Positions 1 to 15,600 of a stretch of 64,000 bases of DNA are shown here, one piece after another. The stretch covers positions 2,418,001-2,482,000 of the forward strand of contig CM082598.2 in NCBI GenBank assembly GCA_040954595.2. Direction: 5' to 3'. Position 1 is the stretch's first letter, and each line of letters begins with the position of its first letter. Under the pieces are notes generated by a model, which had not been told where the DNA came from, searched no databases, and was given only the letters and a program-made list of their open reading frames with translations. This stretch comes from Balanoglossus misakiensis. Lineage: Eukaryota; Animalia; Hemichordata. Made by a program: the position numbers and the translations under genes.

Positions 1-601
1 CAAAAGATATGCTTTGGACCATGACGTGGAGTGAAGATTAAGTCGTACGTGATTTTACTTTCACTCAAAGCTTTAGAATTCTGCGATTGCATGGATTAAC
101 TGTCGGGGCAGCAGTTACAGAACTTAGTCAGTCAACTATTCCATTGGTTAATTTTGTGTACAATTATTCGCAACAATATTAATCACCACACACTTGAAAC
201 TTACGTGTGTCAAAGTACTGGTAAATGTCAATCCTTGCATTTTTTTAAATATGTTAATTTTAATTTCTCATTTGTCATCTCTGAAAATATAATTTTAAAG
301 CCATATAAAATTGAAGTTCAAGCAACGTTCAAGACATGACACACTGCCGTAAAATGCACACTCTTTATCATGGCTTGCATTCCCAAAGGAGGCATTTTTC
401 TTTTTTATACGCGATAAATTTAGTGTCCCTTGCGATTGAGGTCTGCCTCAAACGACCGCTGAAAATACAAAACAGAATTGGAGGCCAGGTCTACGTCGAG
501 TAAAGGGCAGAAAGGTTGCTCATGGGACGGGGACCATCGTGGCAAATCTGCGGGTGTCAATTGTTTATATTTGCTTCTTTTTCAAATGACTGTGCGTTCA
601 C

Positions 602-659
602 ATGTGCGTTCTATTTGGTCTCCTGACGCAGTCCCTGTGTGTGTCTGCCTTCGCATCTG
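602..659 (+). CDS. Gene A candidate exon 1 (signal peptide MCVLFGLLTQSLCVSAFAS)
   Basis: ATG at 602 with an in-frame TGA upstream at 587. Hydrophobic signal-like peptide. Phase-1 donor G|GTACGT matches the phase-1 acceptor of exon 2. It lies 12.3 kb from exon 2, so other first exons are not excluded. Confidence 0.5.
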
Positions 660-3600
660 GTACGTAACACGTTGTAATGCAATCGGGGCTGGGATCCACG
701 CACCACACTCAACCAACATGTGCAACGACCTTGCAATGTATTAGCAAGCTGACTCATTTTCTACAACACGTAAAAGGCAGGCACACAGTCGACGTTTTTC
801 AAAGAACAGCATTTATAGGGTTAGTCTAAGTAGTCTGAATGACCTGAAACGAAAACTCTCCGTCAATGCAGCTAATTATGCACCAGTATTGACGTAATGA
901 ATGTAGGCGTCAATGCTAGTCTTCTTCAGTCTATTTTTGCTCAGATAAAAGCTTGTGTTCATGAAGCTAAGATATCGTTCTTTCAGTCTATTTCTTCAGA
1001 AAAGCTTGTGTTCATATAAAGCTAAAGATTTCATTCCTTCAGTCTATTTTGTCAGAAGAAAACTTTTGTTTATACATGGTTAAGAGATCATGTCACAGAG
1101 ATACACACACATGATCGTTGATTATGTTGATTTTAAAACCTTGGTAACCAGGATACAGTTCAAATGTTACAAGAAGCACTATACATTGGAGCATGTAATG
1201 AAATGAGTGAAAAGTCTAGACTATGATAATTAGTTTGAATATGAAGACTTATATGTAGACATGGAGGGCGAGATTTTTATTTTTAAAACAGAAATATTAA
1301 CACCGTAAATGGACTAATTGAGGAATACATACAAAAACCAGTTGATCTGTAAAATTAAAGATAATTAGCACTCCATATTTCAGAAATATCTCCCAATTTT
1401 ATGTCACCAACTGAAATATACGTTGTCCGTTTTGAGAGACGTAACTTAAACACTTTACACCTTGACCGATTGGTCAGAAACTTGTTAACGCATTGCTGGA
1501 ACCCAAGGACAAACAAACTGTAATTTGGCGAAGGTTAACAACCCAAAGCTATAAAATTCCCCCATCCAAAACTGCGGTGATTGCGTCCTGTATATAGATT
1601 TTAAGTTTATTTCCTAACACGTAAAGCGGCACGACTCCAAATTGAATACTAGAAAAATATTGTTGCCTCGGGTTAGCACTTATTCCATTGAAGCCCACAA
1701 GGCGAAGTAATAAAATACCCCTACCACAATAGCAATAAAGACCACGCATAATACCGCGACTCCTGCATCAGCTTGGTACCACCGTAAACTCCATATAAAT
1801 CAGTGTGTTATATCAAATATATACTAAAGCAGCAATTAAGATCACAGGGATTTATTGCCCGGTGTAAAAATTATACGTTCTTGGGCGCAGATTTGCGAAA
1901 GGGGGTTGCATGTATAATGCCAGGCGATACTATCTGGTTTGAGTGTATTTTTAGGTCAGAACTCTATCTTTATTATGGACAGGAGACTGTCATCTTATAG
2001 CTTATTTCATGTTTGGAGTTTACATTCTCTGTGCGTGCCAGTTTGGAAATGTTAGTATAGGGATAAAGATAACATGTCCTTTCCCCCTAAAAATATGACA
2101 ACATGTACAATTTTTAATCTTACTTGGCACACAGAGTTCGAATTCCGTGATGATTCCGCGACAATCGCTGGCAAGGGTAGGCTCCATCTGGGAATTACCG
2201 AGCATAAACAGTTGTATATACACGTACAGACCAACCTGATCAAATATTTCGACAAGAGTGAACACACATCTTGCATGAAAGCAAATATTTCCATGTGCAA
2301 TTTGAAAATGATATCCTATGACTAACATAGTCTTCAGATATCGTCCAGCGCTGTCTGGAAGTCGAGATACCAGTTTAAGAAACTTTGCAATATGTGACCA
2401 GGGGGTTTATCCATATTTAATGCTAATTTTGGCCCTGAATGTGTTTGCAAGGTTAACAGGGAAGACTTACAGATTGTAATTACATCGTTCAAGAGCAAAT
2501 AATAACTCGCAATTAATATTTGACGGTCATGTTATTGAAAAAACCATCAATCTCGGTATTTGAAAAAAAAAACATTTAGTTTAATGGCATTTGTCATACA
2601 CCAGTTATTATATTAATAAATATAATAGTTCATTTCATTGTCCAAATAAATGTATTTCTAAAACATTTTCCCAGATTGTTAAGGCAAAATTGTTTTCTGT
2701 AAACTACACTACATTACATTACACTACACTTAGTACACCCCTTACACTGCGCCACATTACTCCACACCACACCACAATGTTTCAAATTGGAATAAAGTTT
2801 ATCTGCATACGTACAGATTCTAATTAATGAGCAAAGAGTTGTGTGGTAAATCATCAGTAATTTTTATCGACGGGGCAAAATAAAAGGCATCCGTCTTGTA
2901 TAATGGGTGGCCATTTAGATTTAATGATATTTACTTATATTATTTTCTCGTCATACAATTTAATGAAATTTTAATGGTATTAATTTATGTGTTACTACTT
3001 CTCAAGTTGTTTTATGTCTTTAACTGCCATGCCTACAGAGCTTTTACATTACGATTGCATCTTTATCTGTGCTGTTATCAATAATATGTGTTGGCACAAT
3101 GTCTGTGAGCACCGTATCATCTTGCAGTTAATTGTGACGACATCTCGCAATTGCAACTATTCCATATTCAATTGCGAATGAATATGTCTCAAAGTAAGTT
3201 ATTTGGCATCACGCATGCGAAAATCCTCCACTTGAATTATTCAAAAGCATAAGTCCTGTCAGACAATGCTTGTAAAGACATGTGAAAGGCATCCATGAAA
3301 CATCCAAGATCCCTCCCACAATTGAGCTTGTTGACTGTATAATGCATGTATGTATGTATGTATGTATGTATGTATGTATGTATGTATGTATGTATGTATG
3401 TATGTATGTATGTATGTATGTATGTATGTATGTATGTATGTATGTTTGTATGTATGTATGTAGAATAGTTGTTTCGTATTGCAATAAAGAGTGTTTGCAG
3501 TGTGGCTTCACTAGAAACAACGTCAGTTGTATCTTGGAAAGAGAAGTTGAATTTTAAATATGCAGAAAAAGGTTTAAATAATGTGGACTGATGATAAAAT

Positions 3601-6600
3601 ATGCATGCCTTTACATTGTCTGTGACTATTAGATTATTCCATTTAAATGTCTGGCTTTAGAGTAAGGGAGCGCTGTTTTGAAAAGAAAATCATGACCTGG
3701 GGTTATTGATTAGCTCTTTGCGCTTGCTGAGGAATTCAGAATTTACGTTGAATTATTTATGTTCTCATGTTGTGCTACAATTGCAACTCATGAAATATTG
3801 CTCTGTATGAGTACCTTGTCGAGGTGGCTCTTCAATCTTTCAAGAAGTCATGTCTACATATTTGTATGAAATAATTGAGTTCATTTATCAAAGTCGGCAT
3901 GGGGTCCGTAACGAATGCAAGGATGATATCAAATGCGTTTGGTACAGATCACCTGTGACAGATTTTGTGCCGAGATTGAAGCATGAGTTTTCGCTTAATC
4001 CAGGCCAACTTGAACTGAAAATGTGCTGTGATTTTAAGTCCTCAGTTGCCTCGAAAGATGAAAAGTTTCCAGACAGACTAACAGTAGCAATGGGTTGACC
4101 TATCTGAACGAGTAGATGGAGATTGGTCTACAATTGTCAATGGATACTAGAGGAACTGCCAACGGAACTACAAACAAACAAACACAGGCTATTGACCACA
4201 AAGTTATTGGCGTTACAGTTCAGTTGTAACTCCACCAATTGTAGAAGATGAAGCAATAAAATCAAATCCAGCAGAACACTGAAAATAACACAACAGATGC
4301 AAAAAAAATCAAACACATTGATGTGATTTCTCCACCAGATGAGATGGCATATCTGCGAAGGCCTACTAAACTTTCTAAAATAATGAGAATTTACGACAAA
4401 ATCATCGCCATCAAACAGACCACGCATATACGCGCACATTTCCTTTGTAGGGATTGATGGTATGTTTCCCTTTGTTTAGCGCCGAAAGCGTTTTATTGGG
4501 ACAATAACGGGTTTATACACGGCAACATCTGACGTGGTTGTGAACAAACGCCCTGAGGATAAAACATCAATGGTTTGCTTCTCCCCTTTAGGTGTTGTAT
4601 GCTATCGCTGATATCACTGACCATGCACTAGTTTATTATACAAGGCTCTCATTATAAAGCCCCATCTCCGTGCCTTTCACGACACAACAAAAACCTACAG
4701 GTCACACTGCACTACACTTTGCAAGATTTCACAATTTCTTTACATCGATCATGGCGGTTTTCTAAACTATTTACTCTCTGATCAAACACAGCCCTAACTA
4801 AAGTACACACATTTCAGACATTAATTAAGTTTAACATGTCTTGAACATTTTCTAATTTTTATTCTTCACACTGAAATTCAATACAAAATAAAGGAAACTA
4901 CAAGTTTTTGCGATAGAATCTAAGGATTTTGCGTTAACACAATTCAAAGGCATGTAATAAACAGACATACATATCGTGAAATTAGCCGTTCAATGACGAA
5001 TAAAAGTGAATTAATCAAGTGTAAACAAATTAGACCTATCATGACATTCACAGTTGGAGAACTTGTATCTTCCGACAAGGCAGCATGTGAGCAAATCAGG
5101 CCGTGTGTTCCTATCTGGGAAATGTAACCTTTTAGATACCATGCACAGGGTTCTCACTCTGTTTTCAATTTAACATTTTGATTAGGGAGAAATACACACA
5201 CGGGTCGCTGAATTGGTCGCGTGGTCAATGCTAGTCCCCCACACTGTTTCCAGACATGGTTTTAATTTGACGAACGCACACGTTCAGTGTAAGACCCACA
5301 CTGCGTGTCTGGAATTATGTTGCCTCGTCATGTTTACATGCCTGCAGGACGTCAAATTGAACAAGACGGTCTTTTAACAAACTTAGATACTGCCTCCCAT
5401 TTCACTCTTCGACCATTAGTTTTCTTCTCCACTTAAAAAAATGTCCGATAGAAGTATAATGTCGTATTTACATCAACTGTCCTTTTTGCCAAATATAGGT
5501 TTATCTTTCGGTAAACTGAAACATGATATTCTTGTCACAACAGCCTATATACACCCAGCTGTTGTATGAACGGGTGTCAACTGGGAAATTATATACAGTA
5601 GTGCTGGACCAAAATATAAAACAAAATGACTTGTACGCAACCACATTGGATCGTATCGCATCACCATTAGCTCTACTTCTATGTTTTTATCCTTACCAAC
5701 ATTGACTAATCTGGTTGAAATTAAGTGTACTGGTCATGAAAATATAAATCATGTTAACAAACACTGCTTCCGGTCACAACTATCGTTACATTCAAAATAA
5801 CTTTCTGCCATATTTTGGATTCCGTTTTCGAATTAGTTTGAATTTCATTAAGCGAACAAACTGCTTCATAGAAGTGGGTGTAGTGTCTTCAAGCTAAAAA
5901 GACACCTGGCACATCCATTATGTAGATTACAAGGTATTAAGTCAAAAACTGGCCTGAGGTTTTGTTAATTACAGGAAACCTACCCCATCTTGAATATTTC
6001 AAATTAGAAAGTCAGAAATGAATATGATAAGTGCTGAACCTTACAAAAGTATCTCAATTCGATCTCTTCATAATTGTATGACCCATATTTTTCTCAGTTT
6101 CACCCTGCCTTTTCCCCTGAACCACATTTGATGTGAAATTACAGTTTGCTTTATGATTGACAGAATCGTTTTTATCAGTTGCAATCCAAGAGAGACAGAT
6201 CTAATGGTAGATATCACAAAATAGGATTGCTTGACTGATATTATTTCGAGCGCACATGGTAAAGTAGAGAGATAACAATAAGTTCAGAACGATTCCAAGA
6301 CAAACACAGACAATGAGATATAGCTATAGAATTGAGATTGGACCAAACACACAGACAAGAATCATCGTGCATAGTCTTCCAGTGATAGGATGTATAATAT
6401 ATGCTACACCAGACTAAAATAGAAATACTTTGTCAGATGGAACTCTGGATGCTTTTGTGAAAGGTGACTTAAAGCTTTCAAAGACCATTACCTTTATACA
6501 ACTTTAATGTTGAGTGATCTCAACGCAAATTTATTTAAAAAGGGTGGCAGTAGTTTGAAAAAATACCGACAAGGTCATTCATTGTCCATGCATGACGCAA

Positions 6601-9600
6601 TACTCTCAGACACCAGACAGATCACATAATATCACGCGTGGGTCTAGATTTGAGTACACCATCGTGGTTTGTGTGTTTTGATACGCTTGGTTGACTATGC
6701 CGTTAAAAGAACGACTCAAAAACAATTTCCCAAAAAGATTTGAATCATGCCTTGAAAACAACACAGATTTGCTTTCTATCAGATCACAAAAAGGTGAGAT
6801 TATTCAGTACTTCAGGGCGTCTGAAATTACCTATCGTCGATTTAAAGTAAATAGGATAGAATCACAAGTAAATCACCTGGCTGCTTTTTCGCTCTTGGTT
6901 TGGTTTGACTTCACGCTGTATGCGTTTAGCAAGCATCCATGAAACGTGCTCAATTACAGTGTGCCAGAATCTTGCTGCCTTGTATATTAACATCTAAGAA
7001 TCTTTCTTAACGTGCAATTTAGAAATGCAGAAGACGCGTGGCTCTCGCGAGACAGTCTCTGCAGGTCCACGCTCCACCAAGACAAATGTGACATGTGCAT
7101 CCGGGTGCACTGAACCTAGTAAATTGGTTTTATGTAAATCCATCAAATGTGTCCAGATCTACAAAAGCTTCCCATGATTATAAGGCGACTCTGGGCCAAC
7201 TTGAAGAAAGCAACCAGTCACTTTTAATTACCATCTTCCATAAATGTTTCAAGTTAAATTGTACAGTCTCTATGAAGAGTCAAGACTGTTATCAACATTA
7301 ATGTTTCGTGGTTGATGTGAAGTAAATGTGTCCCTGTCTGTTAATTGTCTTCAACAAGATTGATGCTTGCTTGTTGTAAAGTTATAGAAATGATAAAATT
7401 ACAACACTGTTTATGCCAACAAGATCTTCATAAACACGAGAAAGAAGTTAGTATTTGTTCAGAAATTGGATGAAAGTGTCACCTTTAATTATTTATTTTC
7501 AGGAAACTATGTGAAATAATGACAATTTTCCATTTTCACGTTCTACCCTAGAGGACAATCATTTAGATATGTCAAACCATTAATTAACACAGATTTTCTG
7601 AAAACATTTCGCATCTTCTCTTTGATTCCGTGTGTGATATAATGTTACGACATGAAATCAAATTTAACGAAACCAATTGACATCCAAAACTCTTACGGGG
7701 TTAATTAAGAGACAATCTCACAAGACTTCGTGATCAATTAGCTAGAGAACAAGGAACTATTTTTTCACTATGGAACAATCATGCATATTTTTTATATTTA
7801 AAAAAAAGCAGCATTGATTGATTCCAGCTCTCAATGCAATAACATTGCATCCCTAGAATATTAACTTATTCATGTGGAAAGTTATTCGTAGTGATTAGTT
7901 TACAGAAACTCTTATCAATAAGTCATCAATCAAAGCACAACCTTAACACCACATGGACACAGGATATCCAATCAGTTATTACCGTGATAGAAAAATCGCA
8001 GGAGGAAGGTTCTCTCGAGACAACAATACATTATTTAATTAATTCATGGGCACAACACGATGGGTATCAGAACCTTTGCAATTCCAGTTTTTCCGAAAAG
8101 AACAAATTCCAAGAGTCAACAAATATCAGTGCCTGCATATTACTGTGTGTAATGGAAGCAAGGATAATTAAAAGATAATATTTCGAAGTTCAAACTCTCG
8201 AGGCGCAGAAGGCTATCAACAAATTCAACTTTATTTGTTGCATGTTCATTCATTCTCACACTATATCAATTGATGAATCATTTTCGCAATTATCCTAGTT
8301 AATATTTTATAATAGTGTATTTTGTAGTTAGATGTCTCATTCGTGACAAAAGAAACGCGATAAATAGTGAACTGGCGAGCACTGAACATCCCCTGGGGTG
8401 ACAATTTCAAGATCTTTCACGCTTAGCTGATGGACGAATCCTTGCCCTAGGCGATGATTTGAGGACACTCACTGAGAGCTGCTGATGGACAGCCTATACA
8501 GTTGGCGCCATTTGCTTGACAACATTTTAGACTTTCATTACTGCAATTGTGACATTTGTGGCGAAGACCACAAGGCAGCTGGTTAACACAACCTGTCAAC
8601 GAAAACAAGTCCTCGTAGTTGCACATGTTTGGACATTATAGGTGCAGAATGATGGGGACTGCGATCTACATCCCTTGCATATTGATAGTCTGCAAAACTG
8701 ACTATTTTTTAAACTTGCTTATTCCAAAATTGACATTAATGCACACATTTTAAAATATTTCAACTCGTCTTTGAAAACTTAGAAACTTTATTTGCAAAGA
8801 ACGTTGTGTTCCTGGGCAATTGGGAATCAATGACCCAGACGAAGGAAATGGTATAAAGAGCGTATTAAAGTTGATTTCCCTACAGTAATGGCAAGTCTCC
8901 CATTGAGATCGAGCTCTTGAAGATATTAAAATGGGTATGCTTGTGATGTCAACGTTCCCGAATTTGCTAACTCTATATTCCATGTCTGCAGAGGCCTGTG
9001 GTTTTAGTCGCCTGAATGTTTCTAGTTTTAAATGGTACGTCTACTTTCTTGAACTCGAACTACACACCCAAACTCAGCAACAAAGTGCCATTTATATGTA
9101 AACTGGTATTATTTATGATAAATCTAAATTTGTAAAAACCTGATTTCGCATTCTGGTAGGGAAATGATAATAATGAGACCGCATGGCCATTATTTGGCAA
9201 AAACACCTCTCTTTGCCTGAAAAGATGTTTAATTTATTGTAAACAGAGACACTTCAGTGACATATTGTTAACGAATATTGCTTTATAATGAAGAACTAAC
9301 TGCTGGGTTTTGCACACTAGATGTTACAATTTCCAGGGGTATTTAAAGGTCCTTAACATCTGTATTCACGCCTCGACGAGAGTATAAAAACCCCGACTGT
9401 TGTAATTTATTTGTAATTACGTCTTCTTTGCATGCCCTCCCTTTCAATCATTTTGATCAATCAGACACTTCAGAATAGAAGGCAGTGTAAGGTGGATTGC
9501 GTTTCATTGCACCATATGTCTGATGCGTGTGTGTGTGTTCAGAACATGTGGAACGTTTGACAGTCACAGCTCCTGGTAGATAGTCAGGAGGTTTTTTGCG

Positions 9601-12600
9601 TAGGCGCGATCACACGGTGGCAAGATTACCAAGTAAATATGGTGAAAGCTAAACACTCAGGAAGCTCACAAAGATGGCTAGGACTAACTAGATCTTGCGA
9701 TTGGGGAGTAGATGGACAGATAGTGAACACAAACAGTCACTTAAGAACTTGGGGGGGGGGGGGAAGGAAGATTGCGATCAGTAGACACGGTGGGAGTCCC
9801 TGGCAAAGTGGAGATAGAGATACAAGCCAAGGGACTCTGGTAAAATACTGCCAGACAATAAAAGCATGGAGACTCAACAAGGCTTGATCATGAACGCAAA
9901 GCATGTATCAGTCAAATACCTAACATTCCCAGTCCCATGTTAACTGAGGCAGAGGCAGTTGATTTTTCCATCAAAGTTTTAGGAAATGATGACGGAATAT
10001 TTAACAGGTAGCACAGGAGATGCATGTAATATCTTAAAAGTATGACTAATTGCCCTGTCAACAGGATGACAATGCGAATGGGCTTACTTTAAAAGACATC
10101 AGTCATATGTGGAAATTTAGGATAAAAATTCGTTTGAAACGAAAACATTTACGCAAATGAGCAGCTCTGTTATTTACACTAACAATTAACAGGATTCTGG
10201 CACGCACTGTGACCTGAGCGGTTCCACTTGTTGTCAAGTATTACTTGGGCGACAGACATTTTGCTGATTAATCGACAGGTTTTGTGTTGATCATGAGGTT
10301 TCTATTCGCATCACTTGGCAATCAGATGGAACTACTGAAACCTTTCCAGGTCATTTTCCACATATTATAAACCATTGCCGATATTTTTCAATGGTTGATA
10401 TTTTTTTGGACTCTCCTCCAAAAAATCTAACATAATCTAATCTAAATACTGTGCTAGCTTGTGAAGTATAAGACTGTGAATTTCGCTGATATCAGGAAAA
10501 AAGTCAAGACAGCAGCCATTTGCCAGTTTTGTGTTTATAAATGAAGTGTATCTCAAAATTAAACAGATTGTTAAATTAATCAGACAGGTTTCATTTAATC
10601 ACTGTATTAGATATGATGAAATTGTCATATTTGTTCAATCACCGCATTAAATTTTATAAAATTGACATTAGCAGAAGTAAGGTTTCAAGCATCGGTCAAT
10701 GCAATCCCATGGGAAGAGACGAATTTAACGTTCTGTCATGGTTCGCGTACATCCTTAATTCGTTTACTGCCACAGGGATGTGAAGTTACGTCAAAAAGAT
10801 AGATGGTAGCGTAGGTAGATTCCTCCAGAGCTACTCTTTTGCAGAGGTTTGCAGAGATTTAAATTTGTTATGCCATATTCCAGGCGGGTGGTAAAATAAC
10901 GTGGAGTTTTATACAATATGTTACTGCGATCGCGTGTCTAAAACATGTGCGTTGGTGATCTATTAATAGCTTTAATCATTCACGAGAATGAGGAAGGTTC
11001 AATCTACTTCAGGTTAGATAACATTCAAAGTACTGCACTGAAAATTAATCCACTAGGATTTTTTTTTCGTTTTGCAGCGACAAAATCAAATATTTTCAAA
11101 CATAGTTTCACAATATTCGTGTATACATATCGTTCACTTTATTGCAGTATGAAGTCTCTTAGACACCTGCAGTCTCTAAACTTAAAAGGTTTGACTGGAA
11201 ATAGTTTCTAAGACTGTTGTGTGTCCAACGACGCTCAGCAGCGAGCTCTCAGCGATAACCCTCTCGCTTGGGAAAACTCAAACCAATATTTCATGACACT
11301 GATCGCTTAAATCAGACTACTCCTGTTCGGTTTGCAATTACGTGAACATAGGCAAGTGCTCGTCCAATGACCTTGTGGCAAACTCTATTCCTGTTGCCTA
11401 TAGCCCTTTTAGTCTTATTAAACTATATGAAGGATAGATAAAATATACAGAGTATTGCACCTTTATCCGATATTGTATCCTGCTGATTTTAACAAGTATT
11501 CCCTACAGCATCAAAGCAAATTACCAAAGGAAAAATGACAAGATCTATGTTATTCTAATAACTCCCTCGATTAAGGTTACCTTAATCAGTGCAAGACACT
11601 TTATCAAACAAACTGACCAACATACAAATGTGGCGCCTTAAAGGCAAGTATTAAACTGACCATATAATACATCTTAACCCTTTTGACATTTCCTGTTTAT
11701 TATCAGACAACACGATGTCATGCAACATTTCAAATTGACTTTCTGATTGCTATAATTATTTCTGTACAATGATGTTTCGATAAATGGGAATTAATGTGCG
11801 ACAATATTGGCCCATACTACTTTATGAATGTAAAATGTATATTGGTATTATCGAATTAATTGCTATTTCTAATTATCTTCTCTTGTTCAGAGGAAGGGAA
11901 GAATATAATTGAAAAAAATACTTATTGTTTCTGGTGTTCAACATTTTAGCTACTTCATGTTTTGCCATCAGTGATAGATAAACTCTGCATATATTTATGC
12001 CTTTTCGATTTCCGATAGTAGAAATTAAAATCACTTTCACATCGGATGTTATAAAATAAAGCCCCACGTAAATGGCATTTAATCTCATTAAAAGGCAAAC
12101 TTTTTATTGAAAAATTGAACTAGGTGCACGAGTTCAATGATGGGTTGTTATGGCAACTGGTCATAAAACGCACAATAAAGAAGATTGCTAGCGTCTTTAA
12201 GCGAGATGAGTTCAGTTCTGTGGGCAGGAGATAAGTTAGTTGCTAAAAATGAAGTGTATCACATCTTTGAAGGAGTACGTGTCGTCAATACATGCAGTAA
12301 TACTTTGCCAAGACCTCCATTCAGGTACTTGCTGGATGTCACACCATTATGTCCAGGTGCATTTAAATGCCTCTCAAAATTATACCATGAAAATCTTTAC
12401 AACCTAATCACTGTTTAATGTTCGGGTTGGTAATCTACTACTAGCTGCATATGGCACTTCCTTAAAACAGCAGCATGCTAACCAACAGTAAAACCTGTGA
12501 ACTTTATACACGTATGGAAAACATCGACACAGCTTCATATTTCTTGACCTTCGAACCAATTTTATTACACAACATAAAGGATCGCCTTCTTTATGACACC

Positions 12601-15600
12601 GAGCACAAATTCACCTTCAGTGTAGACAGTAATAAATAAAATATGAACACCTGAAGTATTTATAATGTTTAAACAATACTTCTATTTTAGACAGTATAGT
12701 TTAAATGCTAACATATTTATTTACAGAATATCAATCCACACCTGTCTGCATCTGCGACTGTCTAATTCTATTATGCGTACATACAACAATATTCATTGGA
12801 GAACTCAAAGTTCTTTAGATTTACCTGCATATATGGTACTACATGTTTCTGTCAATCAATGCTGAAGTCTTTCAAATACATTGTACATATTTAATGACGT
12901 TGCCCCACAGTGGTTAAAACAACACACTTACAAGTAAATTAAAGAGGTGAGTTATCTAGTATGTGTATTTATATATTTCACATATTTTTGTCCACAGGAT
13001 CACAAGCACAAGGTTTATCTGCTGAAGACTTACTTCTAAGAGAACTGTTTCAAAACAGAAATTATTCAACTCGTACTCGACCAGTATTAAATGTCACCCA
13101 ATCAGTTGCAGTCTCCTTTTGGATGTCTATCACTCAACTTATCGATGTGGTATGTATGCAAAGAGTGTTAACAATTTTTGGTCATTCTGTGTGTCCATGT
13201 TACTCATGAGTAGACCATTTCCAGAACTCCCGGGCACCCTGCTATTGAACTACTGAAGTGCACATCTGAGAAATACCGCTTTAACCACTGTTTGTGTGTT
13301 GCATACACATGATTCAAAACCCATCAGTCAAACACTGCACCAGTTCCATTCATCAGAGTAAAAATGGGTGTACCTGTACTTCTGAACCTATTGTGCATCG
13401 GACGATGACATTATGCGATGGAACTGGCACTGATGCCTGTATTGTTTTGTAAATAATCTTTCCCTGTGTATCTGTGTGTTCGCAATAGTATCTCCAATAT
13501 TATGAAAACAGCCTACTCGATTAAAACCATAAATGACGCACGAACTGATATTATCCCAGACATTTATCTGTTGAGATCGCGATCTGATACTTGGCAGTGG
13601 CAATAAACGAAAATGTGAGCGGAACATTCCATTTTCTGTAGGTTGGCATAAGATTCCATGATGAAATGATCCACTGACACGTGAAATCTCTTCATCGCTT
13701 TGAATCGCCCTAAGTGTTAATATTGAGGATTCAGGTATGTGACCAAACTAACTCCAGCCAGTCAAACCAAAACGAGACGTAGACACATACACATGCGCAA
13801 GAGATGTCATAAGATGTACCAATGGAAACACTACCAAATGGTCGACATGTTTCAGCGGACACTTTCCAAAGTGATTGGTCAAACAATCTGTTACTGTGCA
13901 AGTAATATAAAAGTTCCATTAGGTATATATGACAAACAGTGTAATTATCGAACCTCGGTATTTGGGTTTATGACCTTCTCAAAGCTGTAAATATTTCCTC
14001 TCTTTAACCCAGATTGGCCAATATCCACCTAAAGATAACAAAGTTCTTATTAAACTTATATGAGTATTTTCTTAAGCCACTGAAATCAGAAAGATCAATC
14101 AACAGTTAGATTTATATGGCAACTTATGGTTTTTCATTGAACAAAAAACAAGTGATTTCTTTCCTCCAAATGAAACACATTAAAAGCTCTTTAAACGCCC
14201 GCTTTGATATTTCATGTGTAATTGTTTCACAGCATGTGATACATTATTTCTTTCAGGGAAGCATTTGTGATGGTAGGATAGTGTAAGGACAAACAAAACT
14301 AGGAGGGGATGTCTTTTTGTTAGAGTGTTGTGAGATATTAATGAAAAGTATACACTTATATCTGCCAGTACACAAACGACCATATGTATCATATGAATTT
14401 GACACAATCCCAATCAGAAGAGTGTACTGAATGGCTTCCATCAAGCCATCATGAACAGTGATTATATTCAAGGAAAATAACATCTTTTCTCCAAGTTTAT
14501 ATCAATTGTACAGCTGAGAAATAAATTTGTCTAGTACACCATCAAAATTACATCATCATTCAATTCAATAGCTGTTCTACATAGGGAGCAATCAGTTAAC
14601 ATTAGAAATATTTCATTTAGAAGATATGCCGTCTTTTCATGGCAATAGTCCTGCTGACATATTTCATCATGTCATAAAAGAGAAAAGATATAACATTTTC
14701 TTCATTTTTATTTTTTCATTGCATTGCGTGTCATGGAGTGGAAGCCCGAAACTGTCAACCGTTTTTATCAATTGTTTTAAAGACCTGGCCAACTGCTATG
14801 CTCAATGTGGTATAAATTGTGTCCGGACAATAGCGTAAAATGGTTAAATAAAATAAAATAAAAGAGGTATACTAGATGAAAGTCTGGGTGTGGGGGGGGG
14901 GGGGGAGTACATGCGACAATAGAATGTATACATGTGACACAGCCGGATTTATGTCTATTGAATTTCATGAATTGTGATATATCTCAGAATATCTTTTGAT
15001 GGCCTCCGGTTTGATGTGGTTCACATCATTTGTATCCAATCTACCGCATTGGTGACTTGATGAATACCTAAGCGACCGTTACGGTGTAATTTTCAATATG
15101 GTGTACTTTCTTAGCCCCCAGGATGCCGAATTCATCACCGTTCGCAAGGTGATATACTTCTCACAATGATTGGTTTATTTGACCAACTCGTGTGAACGCT
15201 AATGGCCATTCTGCGATAATGGTCTTCCCTCGGGCAGAGCTCGAATTGGTGTTTATTACATAATATTTATCGTCTTCTGAAAGTTATTTGCCACCTCAGA
15301 GGACTTCGGTGCCTCTGGTGTTTATGGCTGGGCATGATTCACTCCTATCAGAACAAGGGACTCTCCATTTAATAATCATGGTGTATAACCTTTGACTATG
15401 CAAGTCAGTTAATTTTCTTCAGCGAAATTATAGTGCAAGAAATAACGTTTAGTGTTTACACTTAAATACTCTCTACGTTCTTCAGTAAGCATGATTGGCT
15501 GTGACTCACGTGAAAGTGAATAAAAATTGATATTACTCAGTTAAGTTGGTCCATGCTGGCTTACACTGTGGGGCAATCTGTAGACATTAACACATGTAAA

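Noticed and set aside
925-1089. Regularly spaced repeats as a CRISPR-like array
   Set aside because: The whole unit is repeated with no unique spacers, there are only 3 copies, the context is eukaryotic and no cas genes are present.
3209-3557. ORFs with YIHT/MYVC repeats (also 53593-53898, 60832-61097)
   Set aside because: Translations of (TATG)n microsatellites.
11569-11587. GATTAAGGT-T-ACCTTAATC palindrome as a transposon footprint
   Set aside because: Only 9-bp arms and no associated element body.
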